Virus record (IMG/VR): IMGVR_UViG_3300020049_012431
Span: 14,735-78,734 of that record
DNA length: 64,000 nucleotides
DNA from: a virus
Lineage: Duplodnaviria; Caudoviricetes
Reading direction: 5' to 3' (one strand)
The notes beneath the pieces are model-generated. The model searched no databases and had not been told where the DNA came from. It saw nothing but the letters and a program-made list of their open reading frames with translations. The translations under genes and the position numbers were made by a program. Of the stretch, positions 8,903 through 18,869 are shown in pieces (position 1 is the stretch's first letter; each line of letters opens with the position of its first letter).

Positions 8903-9291
8903 TGAGCACAGAAGATACAACAACACTTGGTCAAGGACTTGAAGAAGCGGTACAAGCATCAGAAGAACCGGTTGCTGATGAGGTGGCTATTGCCGCAGGA
9001 TATTATGCTCAATTAGCTAAGACAATTCGTGCCTATAGTCGAAATATGGGGGGCAAAGGTCTTGCTCGTGTTATTAGTGCTTATGCTGAATTTCCTTTTG
9101 CTGAAAAGTATCCAACATTCCGAAGTCAAACAGAACAACAATTATTTACTTTTTTGTTGACAATTCAAAGCACAAAGGCTACTATAAGTAACGCTATTCA
9201 ATCGGAACACGCAAATATTGAAGAAGCCGCAGTAAATAATATGGTTAGTGAAATTCAAGAAAAACAAAAAGGAGAAACACATGGCAGCTAA
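8902..9291 (+). CDS. hypothetical protein
   Basis: TAATG-coupled ORF. Confidence 0.6.
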   Translation: MSTEDTTTLGQGLEEAVQASEEPVADEVAIAAGYYAQLAKTIRAYSRNMGGKGLARVISAYAEFPFAEKYPTFRSQTEQQLFTFLLTIQSTKATISNAIQSEHANIEEAAVNNMVSEIQEKQKGETHGS

Positions 9292-9517
9292 ATGGACAAA
9301 AGTAGGAAGCTTACGTAAAAGTAAAACAGGTAACCTTTACATCAAGGTTGATACTGATTTTTCTTTAAAAAAAGATGACGCATTAAATCTACAAGATCCC
9401 CGCAAAAAGATTGCTTCAGCGGTTGAAGCCGGAAGAATGGAAGAATCGAAAGCAGAAGATTTGCTTTCAAAAATTCCTGACTATATCAAGTATGATATTT
9501 ATTCTGTAGAAGAGTAG
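9281..9517 (+). CDS. hypothetical protein, possibly ssDNA-binding
   Basis: ATG 9281 after GGAGA; function guessed from position only. Confidence 0.5.
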   Translation: MAAKWTKVGSLRKSKTGNLYIKVDTDFSLKKDDALNLQDPRKKIASAVEAGRMEESKAEDLLSKIPDYIKYDIYSVEE

Positions 9518-9628
9518 ATCAGGTCTGGGAAATTATATTCGCGAATGAGCGCCCTTCGCCAATGGACTGGCACGAATTTCCCCCTTTCTTTCGTTATACA
9601 TGCACCGACATGAAAAACAGGTAATGTG

Positions 9629-9659
9629 ACCCCTCCATTTAAGCAGGGGTATTTTTTTT
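9629..9659 (+). terminator. intrinsic terminator-like hairpin
   Basis: ACCCCT-10 nt-AGGGGT followed by A and T8. Confidence 0.7.
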
Positions 9660-9674
9660 GTCATAGGAGCGCAA

Positions 9675-11621
9675 ATGATGGAATACATTCGTTTAAATCG
9701 TGGTCTTACTAACTATAATCTAGTTCCAGCTAATGCTGATGTTTGGGATTATATTCAAGATAATCAAAGCGACTATTACACAAGCATCTTTCAATATAAC
9801 CAAGAACAATACGATCAATGGAAACGAACAGGAAGTGTTGCTGGCATTAAGCATGTTACAACAAATAAACTTGTGTTTGATTTTGATGATAAAAACAATT
9901 TAGAGGCGGCTAAGTCTGATGCCTTAACTCTTATTAGTCGTTTATTGTTAAATGGTATAAAAGAAGATAATATTCAAGTTAGTTTTTCTGGAAGCAAGGG
10001 ATTTTGTGTTGAACTACACACTAAAGAAAGCTTTAGCCAGGAAGAATTTAAAAATACAACATTTGCTCTAGCTTCCGATCTTTCTAGCTTTGACCGCGTA
10101 GTCAATGATGCTCAGCGCATTATTCGTGTTGTAGGAACAAAACACCCCGTTAGTGGTTTGTATAAAATCCCGCTATCTGTTAAACAGTTATCAGATCAAT
10201 CTGTTACACAAATTAAAATGATTGCAGCTAATCTAGAAAGTGTTGATCAAAGTGTTATGCTCGGATGGTTGCCTGTAGATCTACCAGAATCACTTAAAAA
10301 AATTAAAGTCACTAAAAAAGAAGAGAAATTGGTTGTTGAAAAAATGGAACATACATTAGATACAACGCTTAAACCTAAATGGTTGAGCGAAGCAAAATTC
10401 GCTTTACAACAAGGATTCTTTGAAGATGGGGAACGTAATCTAGCATGTATGATATTAGCTAGTACATATAAAAATCAAGGCTTCCCTAAGGAAATTACGT
10501 ACAGAATCCTAAAAGGCACATTAGAGCTAAGAGCCGAACGCTTAGGTAATGATGGTTACGATAAAAAAGAATTATGGAAAACAATTATTGAACCTGTATA
10601 TAGTCCACATTGGCAGGGAGGGACATACTCCTATGAAAACACCCCATTGTTACAAATTGTAACAAAGAGACTAAGCCTCAGTGTTCCTAATGTTGAAACT
10701 AAGAAAACAGTAATTATTTCTGATGTTGGTATTAAATTTTCATCATTTGCTAAGAATTTTGAAAAGAATAGAATTCTTACTGGAATAAAAGAATTAGATG
10801 AGGATGTTATTCTTACAACAGGTATGGCAGTAGGATTACTTGGCGCACCTAGTAGCGGTAAAACGGCTCATGCACTAAATATATTAGAATACGCATCTAA
10901 GAATGGTATTGCTTGCGGTATGGGTTCTCATGATATGTATGACGCGTTATTATTTTGTAGATTAATACAAAAATATTGTCCTTATGATTTTAAACGTATA
11001 ACAACTATGGTAAAAGATGGTAATTTTGATAGTAAATTACAATCAGCTTGGGATAAAGTAATGGAGACTTTTAACAATGTAGGTTTTAATTTTCAATCAA
11101 GTCCTTCAATTGAAGATCTTTACATGTTTGTTGATGAATATGAACAAAATTATGGTAATAAAATGAAACTTCTCATTGTTGATTATCTTGAGAAACTTTC
11201 TGGACCATACTCAGACCCAACAGCAAATAGTGGATATTTAGCCGCAAAGCTTGCCGATTTAGCAAAAGAACGGGATCTTTGTGTTGTTGTCTTATTGCAA
11301 CCACAAAAACAAGCGGGCGATCCAAGCGAACCACTTCTAAGTATGCGTAATGTCAAGGGTGCATCAAGAATCGAGCAAGACTTACGAGTAATTATGACAA
11401 CATGGAGACCGGGCTTCAATCCAGAAAACAATAATGCTGATGATAAATATTCATCAATAGCTGTTGTTAAGAATAATATGGGACCAGTCGGGAAGTTTGA
11501 TTTTAAATGGGATGGCGTGTCTGGTAGAATAAGATCTTTGATGGATGAAGAGAGAGATGACTTGAAAAATGTTATTGATGCGAACCAAAGAAGGAAAGCA
11601 GCAAAGGCAAATGACATATGA
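9675..11621 (+). CDS. primase-helicase (AEP primase plus DnaB-like SF4 helicase)
   Basis: VFDFDD and FSGSKGF..H (AEP); Walker A GAPSSGKT; LLIVDYLE; VVKNNMGP. Confidence 0.85.
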   Translation: MMEYIRLNRGLTNYNLVPANADVWDYIQDNQSDYYTSIFQYNQEQYDQWKRTGSVAGIKHVTTNKLVFDFDDKNNLEAAKSDALTLISRLLLNGIKEDNIQVSFSGSKGFCVELHTKESFSQEEFKNTTFALASDLSSFDRVVNDAQRIIRVVGTKHPVSGLYKIPLSVKQLSDQSVTQIKMIAANLESVDQSVMLGWLPVDLPESLKKIKVTKKEEKLVVEKMEHTLDTTLKPKWLSEAKFALQQGFFEDGERNLACMILASTYKNQGFPKEITYRILKGTLELRAERLGNDGYDKKELWKTIIEPVYSPHWQGGTYSYENTPLLQIVTKRLSLSVPNVETKKTVIISDVGIKFSSFAKNFEKNRILTGIKELDEDVILTTGMAVGLLGAPSSGKTAHALNILEYASKNGIACGMGSHDMYDALLFCRLIQKYCPYDFKRITTMVKDGNFDSKLQSAWDKVMETFNNVGFNFQSSPSIEDLYMFVDEYEQNYGNKMKLLIVDYLEKLSGPYSDPTANSGYLAAKLADLAKERDLCVVVLLQPQKQAGDPSEPLLSMRNVKGASRIEQDLRVIMTTWRPGFNPENNNADDKYSSIAVVKNNMGPVGKFDFKWDGVSGRIRSLMDEERDDLKNVIDANQRRKAAKANDI

Positions 11622-11875
11622 AAAAATTATTAAAGATATTTAAAAATAGATTTGTTACTATAACAATTAAAAGTGTCCGTACTAGAAACGCAAATATGCA
11701 ATTTGTTGGTTTTTTCCTTGACGAAGATAAGGATTTCATATATCTTGGAGAGACACCGGATGGAGAAATTCATGCGGCAATACCAAAAAGTGAAAATGCC
11801 GGTATTGTACTTACTGACGAATTAAATTTTTTAATGGATCAGATTGATATACCTGGAGACCAAGGGGTTCAATAA
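11618..11875 (+). CDS. hypothetical protein
   Basis: Coupled on both sides within the replication operon. Confidence 0.6.
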   Translation: MKKLLKIFKNRFVTITIKSVRTRNANMQFVGFFLDEDKDFIYLGETPDGEIHAAIPKSENAGIVLTDELNFLMDQIDIPGDQGVQ

Positions 11876-14343
11876 TGGAACAGTTTGTTGTAGACACAAA
11901 AGAAGCGTTTCAGGATGTACTGTCTTGCCTACAAGACGGTACAGAACTAAAACATGTATCAGAAAATGTATACAAAATGAGTGGCGCAACATTAGAATTT
12001 AATAAGGAATACGAAGACCAGCTTCAGCTTCATGATATCATTTATGGTATAAATAAAGAATCTAATATTGTTAATATCTCAATTAAAAATGATCTTGTTT
12101 ATATTTTTAAAGAAACCGTCGCTGGTGTCCACTATAAGGTGTTACCATACAAACACTGGGTATTAGCTAAATCAAAATTAAATGAATCGTTTAAACCTCT
12201 ATTCGGCAAACAATCGTATTCCTGGTATAAAGAATATAGCTATGAGCAATTTGAAATAAATATACAACCTAAAATGTATAAGATGGGATTGTATACAATA
12301 CACAATCCTGCTGAAAATTTTATGACACGTCAGGGATTTACATACTTCAAAGATACAAAAAGTATCGATGTGTCGGTTGTTTCTTTTGATATAGAGACAA
12401 CAGGGTTAGATCCTAAAGCCAAGGATGCTCAGGTATTATTAATAACGAATACATATAGAAAAGGCACAACGCAATTAAGCAAGACCTTTTCTGTTGCTGA
12501 TTATAAAAATGATGGCGATATGATACTAGACTGGTGCTCTTGGGTTGTTGAGATGGACCCGAGTGTCATGCTTGGTCATAATATTGTTATGTTTGATATT
12601 CCTTATATCAAAGGACGAATTAATTCTTATAAAAAAGAACTACCAATTGGTCGTATGCAGGAAGAATTAGTCATTGAAGATAAACCAAGAGAATTACGAA
12701 AAGATGGTAGCCAGTCGTATACATACCATAGAGTAAACTGTTTCGGCAGAGAAGTAGTTGATACTTTCTTTTTGGCAATTAAAGCCGATACAGCACGCAA
12801 ATATGAATCATATGGTTTGAAAAGTATCATTAAACAAGAAGGTTTAGAGGAAGCAGATAGACAACAATACGATGCTGCGTCTATTGGTAAAAACTGGCAT
12901 ATTCCAGAAGAGCGAGCAAAAATTATTGCCTATGCGGAGGCAGACAGCCGCGACCCAATTAAATTGTATGATCTAATGATAGCACCATTCTTCTACCTAA
13001 CACCATATATACCAAAACCATTTCAGATAATGATGGAAAGCGCAACAGGAAGTCAGATTAATTCCCTCATGGTGAGAAGCTACTTACAAAAGAATATGTC
13101 TGTAGCTGAGGGCAGCCCTTCGGTAGAATTCGAGGGTGCGATTAGCTTCGGCAATACTGGTATTTATAAAAATGTGTATAAAGTTGACGTGGCATCACTG
13201 TATCCAAGTATTATGCGTCATTACAAAATATATCCAGAAAAAAAGGATTTTAATTTAAATTTCGCGAAAATGTTAGAATATTTTACAGTAGAGAGATTAA
13301 AGAATAAAGTATTAGCTAAAGACACCGGTGATAGGTATTATGATGATTTACAAAACTCACAAAAAAATCTGGTGAATTCCTGCTACGGTTTTTTAGGGGC
13401 CAAGGGTCTCAATTATAATTTTCCTAGTGGTGCTGCCGCTGTTACTAAGTACGGTAGAGAAGTAGTCACAAAAGCTGTTGAATGGGCAACTGGTCACACA
13501 TTAGAGCACAAGGTAAAACATATTCGAAATGAAGGCAAAGAAAATGAAGAGATAGAAAGAGAATGGGTTATGGGTAAAAAAATTGGAGAAGGAAAAGGAT
13601 ACACTATATCAAATTGTGATACAGATAGTATTTCTTTTACTTGCGGTAAAGACCTAACCCTAGAAGATAGAAAAAATATTATAGTGGATATAAACTCGCA
13701 CTTTCCGGAAATGATTAGATTCGAGGATGACGGGTACTATTCTGTTGTTTGTATTTTAAAAGCTAAGAATTATATTTTATTTGATGGAAAGAAAATTAAA
13801 CTTAAAGGCAGTTCAATTAGAGACCAGAAAAAAGAGCCGGGATTGAAAGAGATGATGGACAAAATGATCAATTGTATCATATTTGATAATCCTCAAAACC
13901 TGATTAATATATACCACGATTATATTAGAGAGACAATGAATGTTCAAGATATTAGACGCTGGTGCGCAAAAAAGACAATTACCAAAGCGATTCTTAATTG
14001 TGCACATGACCCTGAAGCGCGAATGAATGAAGTAAAGGTATATGATGCTGTAAAGGATATTCCTGGGCTGCAAGAGGGCGATAAGGTATACCTGTACCCA
14101 ACAATACTTGGTACTGAGATAATTCCTGGTGGTGTATCGTTAAAAACCGGAAAACCATTAAAAGATAAGAGTAAACTAGTCACAGGACTTAAATTAGTTG
14201 AAAAATGGGTTGGTGATGAGGATAAAGATAAGTTAATTCAACGAGTTGTAGATACTGTAGATATTTTTGCTAATGTTATTGACATAAATCAATTTGTAGA
14301 CTACACTCTAAATAAGAATAAAAATCTCTTGACTTCTTTATAA
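11875..14343 (+). CDS. DNA polymerase, family B
   Basis: Exonuclease motifs SFDIETTG and GHNIVMFD; polymerase motifs DVASLYPSI, KNLVNSCYG, NCDTDS. Confidence 0.95.
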   Translation: MEQFVVDTKEAFQDVLSCLQDGTELKHVSENVYKMSGATLEFNKEYEDQLQLHDIIYGINKESNIVNISIKNDLVYIFKETVAGVHYKVLPYKHWVLAKSKLNESFKPLFGKQSYSWYKEYSYEQFEINIQPKMYKMGLYTIHNPAENFMTRQGFTYFKDTKSIDVSVVSFDIETTGLDPKAKDAQVLLITNTYRKGTTQLSKTFSVADYKNDGDMILDWCSWVVEMDPSVMLGHNIVMFDIPYIKGRINSYKKELPIGRMQEELVIEDKPRELRKDGSQSYTYHRVNCFGREVVDTFFLAIKADTARKYESYGLKSIIKQEGLEEADRQQYDAASIGKNWHIPEERAKIIAYAEADSRDPIKLYDLMIAPFFYLTPYIPKPFQIMMESATGSQINSLMVRSYLQKNMSVAEGSPSVEFEGAISFGNTGIYKNVYKVDVASLYPSIMRHYKIYPEKKDFNLNFAKMLEYFTVERLKNKVLAKDTGDRYYDDLQNSQKNLVNSCYGFLGAKGLNYNFPSGAAAVTKYGREVVTKAVEWATGHTLEHKVKHIRNEGKENEEIEREWVMGKKIGEGKGYTISNCDTDSISFTCGKDLTLEDRKNIIVDINSHFPEMIRFEDDGYYSVVCILKAKNYILFDGKKIKLKGSSIRDQKKEPGLKEMMDKMINCIIFDNPQNLINIYHDYIRETMNVQDIRRWCAKKTITKAILNCAHDPEARMNEVKVYDAVKDIPGLQEGDKVYLYPTILGTEIIPGGVSLKTGKPLKDKSKLVTGLKLVEKWVGDEDKDKLIQRVVDTVDIFANVIDINQFVDYTLNKNKNLLTSL

Positions 14344-14357
14344 GATTGGGGTATCAT
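14329..14357 (+). promoter_or_regulatory. sigma70-type promoter embedded in the polymerase 3' end
   Basis: TTGACT-17-TATCAT. Confidence 0.55.
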
Positions 14358-14522
14358 ATGACTTACTATGACGTTGTGAAGCTTTTAAAAGCGAATGGTT
14401 GGGAAAGCATTAAACTATATCAAGATAGAGAAACTTGGTCAAAAGGTAATAAGACTGTTGTATTGATGGTGCACGATAGATTACCTAAGAAGTTAGTTAA
14501 TAGCATTATTTCAATGGGGTAA
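14358..14522 (+). CDS. HicA-like small protein (54 aa), catalytic His absent
   Basis: Translated by hand: MTYYDVVKLLKANGWESIKLYQDRETWSKGNKTVVLMVHDRLPKKLVNSIISMG*. Confidence 0.5.
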   Translation: MTYYDVVKLLKANGWESIKLYQDRETWSKGNKTVVLMVHDRLPKKLVNSIISMG

Positions 14523-14525
14523 TAT

Positions 14526-16058
14526 ATGCGAGATATTTTAAGCGTATCAAAAGCTTTTGTTAAAAAACATAAGACATACCCATCGATGCCTGATATGGCT
14601 AAGCTTGGTTTCAGTAGAGACCAGGTTCGTAGTGTGTATGGTAATCTTGAGGGACTTCATGATGAATTATTCATTCATTGCCAAGATGAATTTATTGATC
14701 TTTCTCGAGAATCGGTAAACAATCTTAATACAAAAAAGTATAAAACATTTATTATTACTACGGCACTCACTGGGTCTACTGTACAAAAAAATGTTGTGTC
14801 AAGTATACATACCTTCTGTAAAAAAAATAAAGCGGCACCAATTGTTTTGGTCGCTAAGGGTTCAAGTAAATTAGCACAAACACTGGATGCGTCTCTTCGT
14901 GGAATGCACATTCTTACACAAGACACAGAACTTAATAGTAATTTAAAAATCGTCGGGGTTTTCCAATCAGGATCAAAGACTGACCCTACTAGTGGCGGAA
15001 TTAGTCGTACAGGAAATAGGGATAGCAGCATAATACTTGCTTCACCTAAACAGCGTTTATTCTATACAGCAACAGGTATTGATAAATTACCCCATGCAAC
15101 GATGGGTACTGGAGCTATCACTGAGCCGCAATATGATAAACGTAATATGTCTGGTTATGTTGCAAACCATGACCATGTGATGGGTGCTATTGTTGTTGAA
15201 ATCGTTGATGAAAATCTATTTCATTTTAGACAAGTACAGTTTGATAGACATGGCGGGTTTGTAGATCTTGGTGTATACTACTGTGGATCTAAATCTAAAT
15301 CTATGGCACCAATTGCTATGGTGTTGGGTGATTGGCATGCTGGCGAGAGTGACCCTGTTGTTGTACAGAGCACTATAGCATTAACCAAAGCATTAAAGAT
15401 ACCTACGTGGGTATTACACGATACATTTGATGGAACAAGCATATCACATCACGACATGGGAAAACAAATCTCATTAACAAAAAAAGCAGAAGAAAATCAA
15501 TTAAATTTAGAAAAAGAATTACGCACTTATTCTGCTGACATTGAAATGATAAGTAAATTAGTTAAGAATGTTGTTGTAGTTAAAAGTAATCACGACGAAC
15601 ACTTGGAGCGATATTTAGATGAGGGCAGATTCATAAAAGATCCGCAGAATATGAAGCTCGCAATTGAACTTGCCGGTCAGATGATAAATAGCACGAACAT
15701 CCTAAAATATGCTGTGGGTAAGTTCGCTAAAGCTAAAAACAACATAGTATGGTTATCTAGAGGGCAATCATTACGAATTGCTGGTATTGAATGTGGTTTA
15801 CATGGTGATGTTGGACCGAACGGAAGCAGAGGAAGTCTTGCCGCTTTTGAAAAATCGTATGGAAACAGTATTGTCGGTCACAGTCATACACCAGGCATTC
15901 TACGTGGGGCATGGTGTGTTGGGACAACAACAGCAACAAGTCCTGACTATGGTCGTGGTGGTGCGAGTAGCTGGTTAAATACGCATTGCTTGGTGTATTC
16001 AAATGGACATCGCCAATTAGTTAATTGCATTAATGGGAAGTTCTCTAAATTAATATGA
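14526..16058 (+). CDS. large calcineurin-like metallophosphoesterase
   Basis: GDWH, HDTFDG, SNHDE, LHGD, GHSH motifs. Confidence 0.75.
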   Translation: MRDILSVSKAFVKKHKTYPSMPDMAKLGFSRDQVRSVYGNLEGLHDELFIHCQDEFIDLSRESVNNLNTKKYKTFIITTALTGSTVQKNVVSSIHTFCKKNKAAPIVLVAKGSSKLAQTLDASLRGMHILTQDTELNSNLKIVGVFQSGSKTDPTSGGISRTGNRDSSIILASPKQRLFYTATGIDKLPHATMGTGAITEPQYDKRNMSGYVANHDHVMGAIVVEIVDENLFHFRQVQFDRHGGFVDLGVYYCGSKSKSMAPIAMVLGDWHAGESDPVVVQSTIALTKALKIPTWVLHDTFDGTSISHHDMGKQISLTKKAEENQLNLEKELRTYSADIEMISKLVKNVVVVKSNHDEHLERYLDEGRFIKDPQNMKLAIELAGQMINSTNILKYAVGKFAKAKNNIVWLSRGQSLRIAGIECGLHGDVGPNGSRGSLAAFEKSYGNSIVGHSHTPGILRGAWCVGTTTATSPDYGRGGASSWLNTHCLVYSNGHRQLVNCINGKFSKLI

Positions 16059-16579
16059 ATTATATAAAACAGGATCTTAATAGACTAATTAAATACGGAC
16101 AGGGGCTTGGTCTTAAGATAAGCATCAAACCCTATGTTCGCGGTAGCGGCGATGCTGGCTATTGGTATACTGATGGTAGTGAAGTGACACTATTTCAGTG
16201 GCCAAGACAAAGTACAACAAGTCTCGTTCTTATATGTCTACATGAACTAGCTCATCACTTATCATATAGATATGCTGGTGATCAGCTCAATAAAAAATAT
16301 CTAGAGGCACTTGATGCTGACTACAAAAGAAAATCTGATGATAAACCAATTAAAAAATCTTTACCTAAAGCTATATATTTAAAAGAACTCAATGACACAA
16401 AATTCCAGGACGCTATAGCATTTGAAACAGGACTGCGCATTCCTAAATGGAAAATCGATGCAGAAAAAGAGTTAGATATTTGGATATATCATGTGTATTA
16501 CATAACAGGCCAGTATCCTAATAAAACCGAAAAAATGTTAAAAAGAAAAGAGTTAATAAAAAAATATGAAAAATCTTAA
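16055..16579 (+). CDS. HEXXH zinc metallopeptidase-like protein
   Basis: LHELAHH motif. Confidence 0.65.
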   Translation: MNYIKQDLNRLIKYGQGLGLKISIKPYVRGSGDAGYWYTDGSEVTLFQWPRQSTTSLVLICLHELAHHLSYRYAGDQLNKKYLEALDADYKRKSDDKPIKKSLPKAIYLKELNDTKFQDAIAFETGLRIPKWKIDAEKELDIWIYHVYYITGQYPNKTEKMLKRKELIKKYEKS

Positions 16580-16745
16580 GTTTGTTATTACATTTATGGA
16601 TGGCAGTGAGGCGGAATTGTCGAGCCCATTAAGCGATAGAAAAAGTGCTATTAGCTGGTTTAGATCACAACCTGACATAGAGATTGAAGGGACTTATTAT
16701 ACAAGACACAGTATATTTAGCTGGTTTATTACAGAGGTAGTGTAG
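16566..16745 (+). CDS. small hypothetical protein (59 aa)
   Basis: Translated by hand (MKNLKFVITFMDGS...); fills the gap. Confidence 0.5.
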   Translation: MKNLKFVITFMDGSEAELSSPLSDRKSAISWFRSQPDIEIEGTYYTRHSIFSWFITEVV

Positions 16746-16747
16746 TC

Positions 16748-17032
16748 GTGCCTAAAAAAAAGGAACGTAGTGAGGGTGAATACTACCGAGGCAAAATCAG
16801 AGAACTCGAAAAAGAAAATAGACACCTACATAGACAATTGAAATATATGGAAAAAAATCAACACATATATGAGGATATTATTCTCGGGGATAAAGAAGCA
16901 GCATTTGAGGAGAAAACAGAAAAGCAACAATGTTGTACTGAGTGTGGAAAAGGTAAAATTAAAACGATAAATATTATTGGTAGGATTTTCATAGAATGTG
17001 ATACCTGCCACTATAGGAAGAAAATATCATGA
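16748..17032 (+). CDS. coiled-coil plus zinc-ribbon protein
   Basis: CTECG...CDTCH. Confidence 0.6.
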   Translation: MPKKKERSEGEYYRGKIRELEKENRHLHRQLKYMEKNQHIYEDIILGDKEAAFEEKTEKQQCCTECGKGKIKTINIIGRIFIECDTCHYRKKIS

Positions 17033-17391
17033 AAAAAGAAGTGAAGGATCACGCAATAAGTACCTTACGCAGAGGCAGTTACCGTTGGAAAGGTCGATGG
17101 GAAGCAGAACGTAGAAGCCGTGTTGGCAGAGGAGAATACTACTGCGAAGAATGCGGTACAATTGGTAAAAAAAACCATTCACAGATGGATCACACCATAC
17201 CAGTGGTGGACCCTATTGAGGGATGGAAAGACTTCGATACATTCATCGAGCGACTATACATACCGGCTGATGGTTGGAAGCGATTATGTAAACCGTGCCA
17301 CCTAGATAAAACTCGTATCGAAAACTCTATTCGTAAAGAACAAAAAGCACGCACTTTTAGTAAAAAGAAAAAATCTAAAAAGAAAGCTTGA
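17029..17391 (+). CDS. HNH endonuclease
   Basis: CEECG, MDHTIP, LCKPCH. Confidence 0.8.
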   Translation: MKKEVKDHAISTLRRGSYRWKGRWEAERRSRVGRGEYYCEECGTIGKKNHSQMDHTIPVVDPIEGWKDFDTFIERLYIPADGWKRLCKPCHLDKTRIENSIRKEQKARTFSKKKKSKKKA

Positions 17392-17416
17392 CTTTTGGTA
17401 CATTCTTTGCTACACT
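17388..17416 (+). promoter_or_regulatory. sigma70-type promoter, probably leaderless
   Basis: TTGACT-17-TACACT, then 6 nt to ATG 17423. Confidence 0.7.
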
Positions 17417-17422
17417 AAGCAA

Positions 17423-17683
17423 ATGAAAACACTTAAACTACCACTTATGTTTGATCCGGTAAGCAATAAACCATCGGTAACACTTATGTTTCCGTATTTG
17501 TCATTTATTGTTTTATTGACAGGAACTTGTTTGCTCTTGAAGCAGAATGTAATGCAGGGAACAATTGCTGCAGGGATTATATGGTTCTTATCAACATGTT
17601 TTTACTTATTAAGAAAACTCAATAAAATCAATATTGATGTTGATGACAAAAAACTAGAATTAGATGGTGGAGACGAAAAATGA
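17423..17683 (+). CDS. holin-like membrane protein
   Basis: Two transmembrane helices, KPSVTL motif, charged C-terminus. Confidence 0.55.
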   Translation: MKTLKLPLMFDPVSNKPSVTLMFPYLSFIVLLTGTCLLLKQNVMQGTIAAGIIWFLSTCFYLLRKLNKINIDVDDKKLELDGGDEK

Positions 17684-18120
17684 ATAAAGGTATTATAGTT
17701 ATTGTTGCAATTATTTTAGTATCTATGGGTTATGGTGCTGGTAAGTACGCAAATCCAGCTAAAGTTGAAACTAAGATTGTTGAAGTAGAAAAAGAAAAGA
17801 TTGTTGTTAAAACTAATGTTGTTGTTAAGACTAAAGAAATCAAACGACCAGATGGTACTGTTATCACAGAAACGGATACCACCGATAAAAGCACTACATC
17901 GACCGATATAGATAAAGAAATGTCGAATACTAATTTAGTAATTAACGCTAAACCCAATTATATGGTTAGTGGCGTTATGGGTTCTAATACTAGTAATGTC
18001 GATTTTTCTTACGGTGTAAAACTTGATAAACGTGCTGTGGGCAATTTATTTGCTGGTGGCATGGTTATGAAAAATAGTAAAGATACCTTTGTTGGTATTA
18101 GTGTAGGATATGAGTTCTAA
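17680..18120 (+). CDS. membrane-anchored protein, possible spanin
   Basis: N-terminal TM helix, VEKEKIVV repeats, C-terminal amphipathic beta strands ending VGYEF. Confidence 0.45.
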   Translation: MNKGIIVIVAIILVSMGYGAGKYANPAKVETKIVEVEKEKIVVKTNVVVKTKEIKRPDGTVITETDTTDKSTTSTDIDKEMSNTNLVINAKPNYMVSGVMGSNTSNVDFSYGVKLDKRAVGNLFAGGMVMKNSKDTFVGISVGYEF

Positions 18121-18505
18121 GAGTCTTTCTGAACTATTACAAATACTATCTACATCGGAAGATAATGTAGAAAGGTTACCAGAGGATATAACACAGTTTA
18201 TATCCGATATGGAAATAGAATCTAGTGATACAGAAAAGATACCGGCATTTGTGTTATATTGGGAATATGCTTGTTGGAAGAAATCTGGGTACGGAAGAGA
18301 ACCCCTACTAACTAAAATTACGTTTTTTAAACAATTAAGTAAGAAATTTAAAAGTGGTCGCCATGACTACAGATATTATAGAGTTCGAGCTAATGGTTTC
18401 TATTATGATGTTAATAAAAGATGGAAACTAAAGAAAACGCTTAAGGAAGAGCATGACAAAAAAAAGAAAAAAAAGAGACGTAGTAAAATATCCCGGACTA
18501 AATAA
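18110..18505 (+). CDS. hypothetical protein
   Basis: 131-aa ORF, basic C-terminus. Confidence 0.6.
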   Translation: MSSKSLSELLQILSTSEDNVERLPEDITQFISDMEIESSDTEKIPAFVLYWEYACWKKSGYGREPLLTKITFFKQLSKKFKSGRHDYRYYRVRANGFYYDVNKRWKLKKTLKEEHDKKKKKKRRSKISRTK

Positions 18506-18869
18506 GACATTATTCTCTAAGGTCAAACAAGAATACCACGATATTGATTATATTGATCAACTGTCAGACAAAGAGAAGTCATATCTTAGTCAATTTATGG
18601 AAGAATATCTTGGTGCGCAACTGAATGAGGATACTTTAAAAAATAAGTATAACCGTAAAGCTAAGCATAAATCAAAAAAACATAGAAAAGATTGTTTTGA
18701 CAGAAATAACGCTAGACAGCGAGATATTTATGGTTTGGGTAGGGCGATGGGTTGCCTAGATGACTACGACTCAAGCCACGTGGCGGATTATCTGGAGTAT
18801 TTGTCAGAGGAAGAGACCTCTGGGTATGAAGATGAGATGATAAAAAAAATTGACGAGGACTTAGAATAA
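18453..18869 (+). CDS. hypothetical protein
   Basis: 138-aa ORF; last + strand gene before the convergent block. Confidence 0.6.
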   Translation: MTKKRKKRDVVKYPGLNKTLFSKVKQEYHDIDYIDQLSDKEKSYLSQFMEEYLGAQLNEDTLKNKYNRKAKHKSKKHRKDCFDRNNARQRDIYGLGRAMGCLDDYDSSHVADYLEYLSEEETSGYEDEMIKKIDEDLE

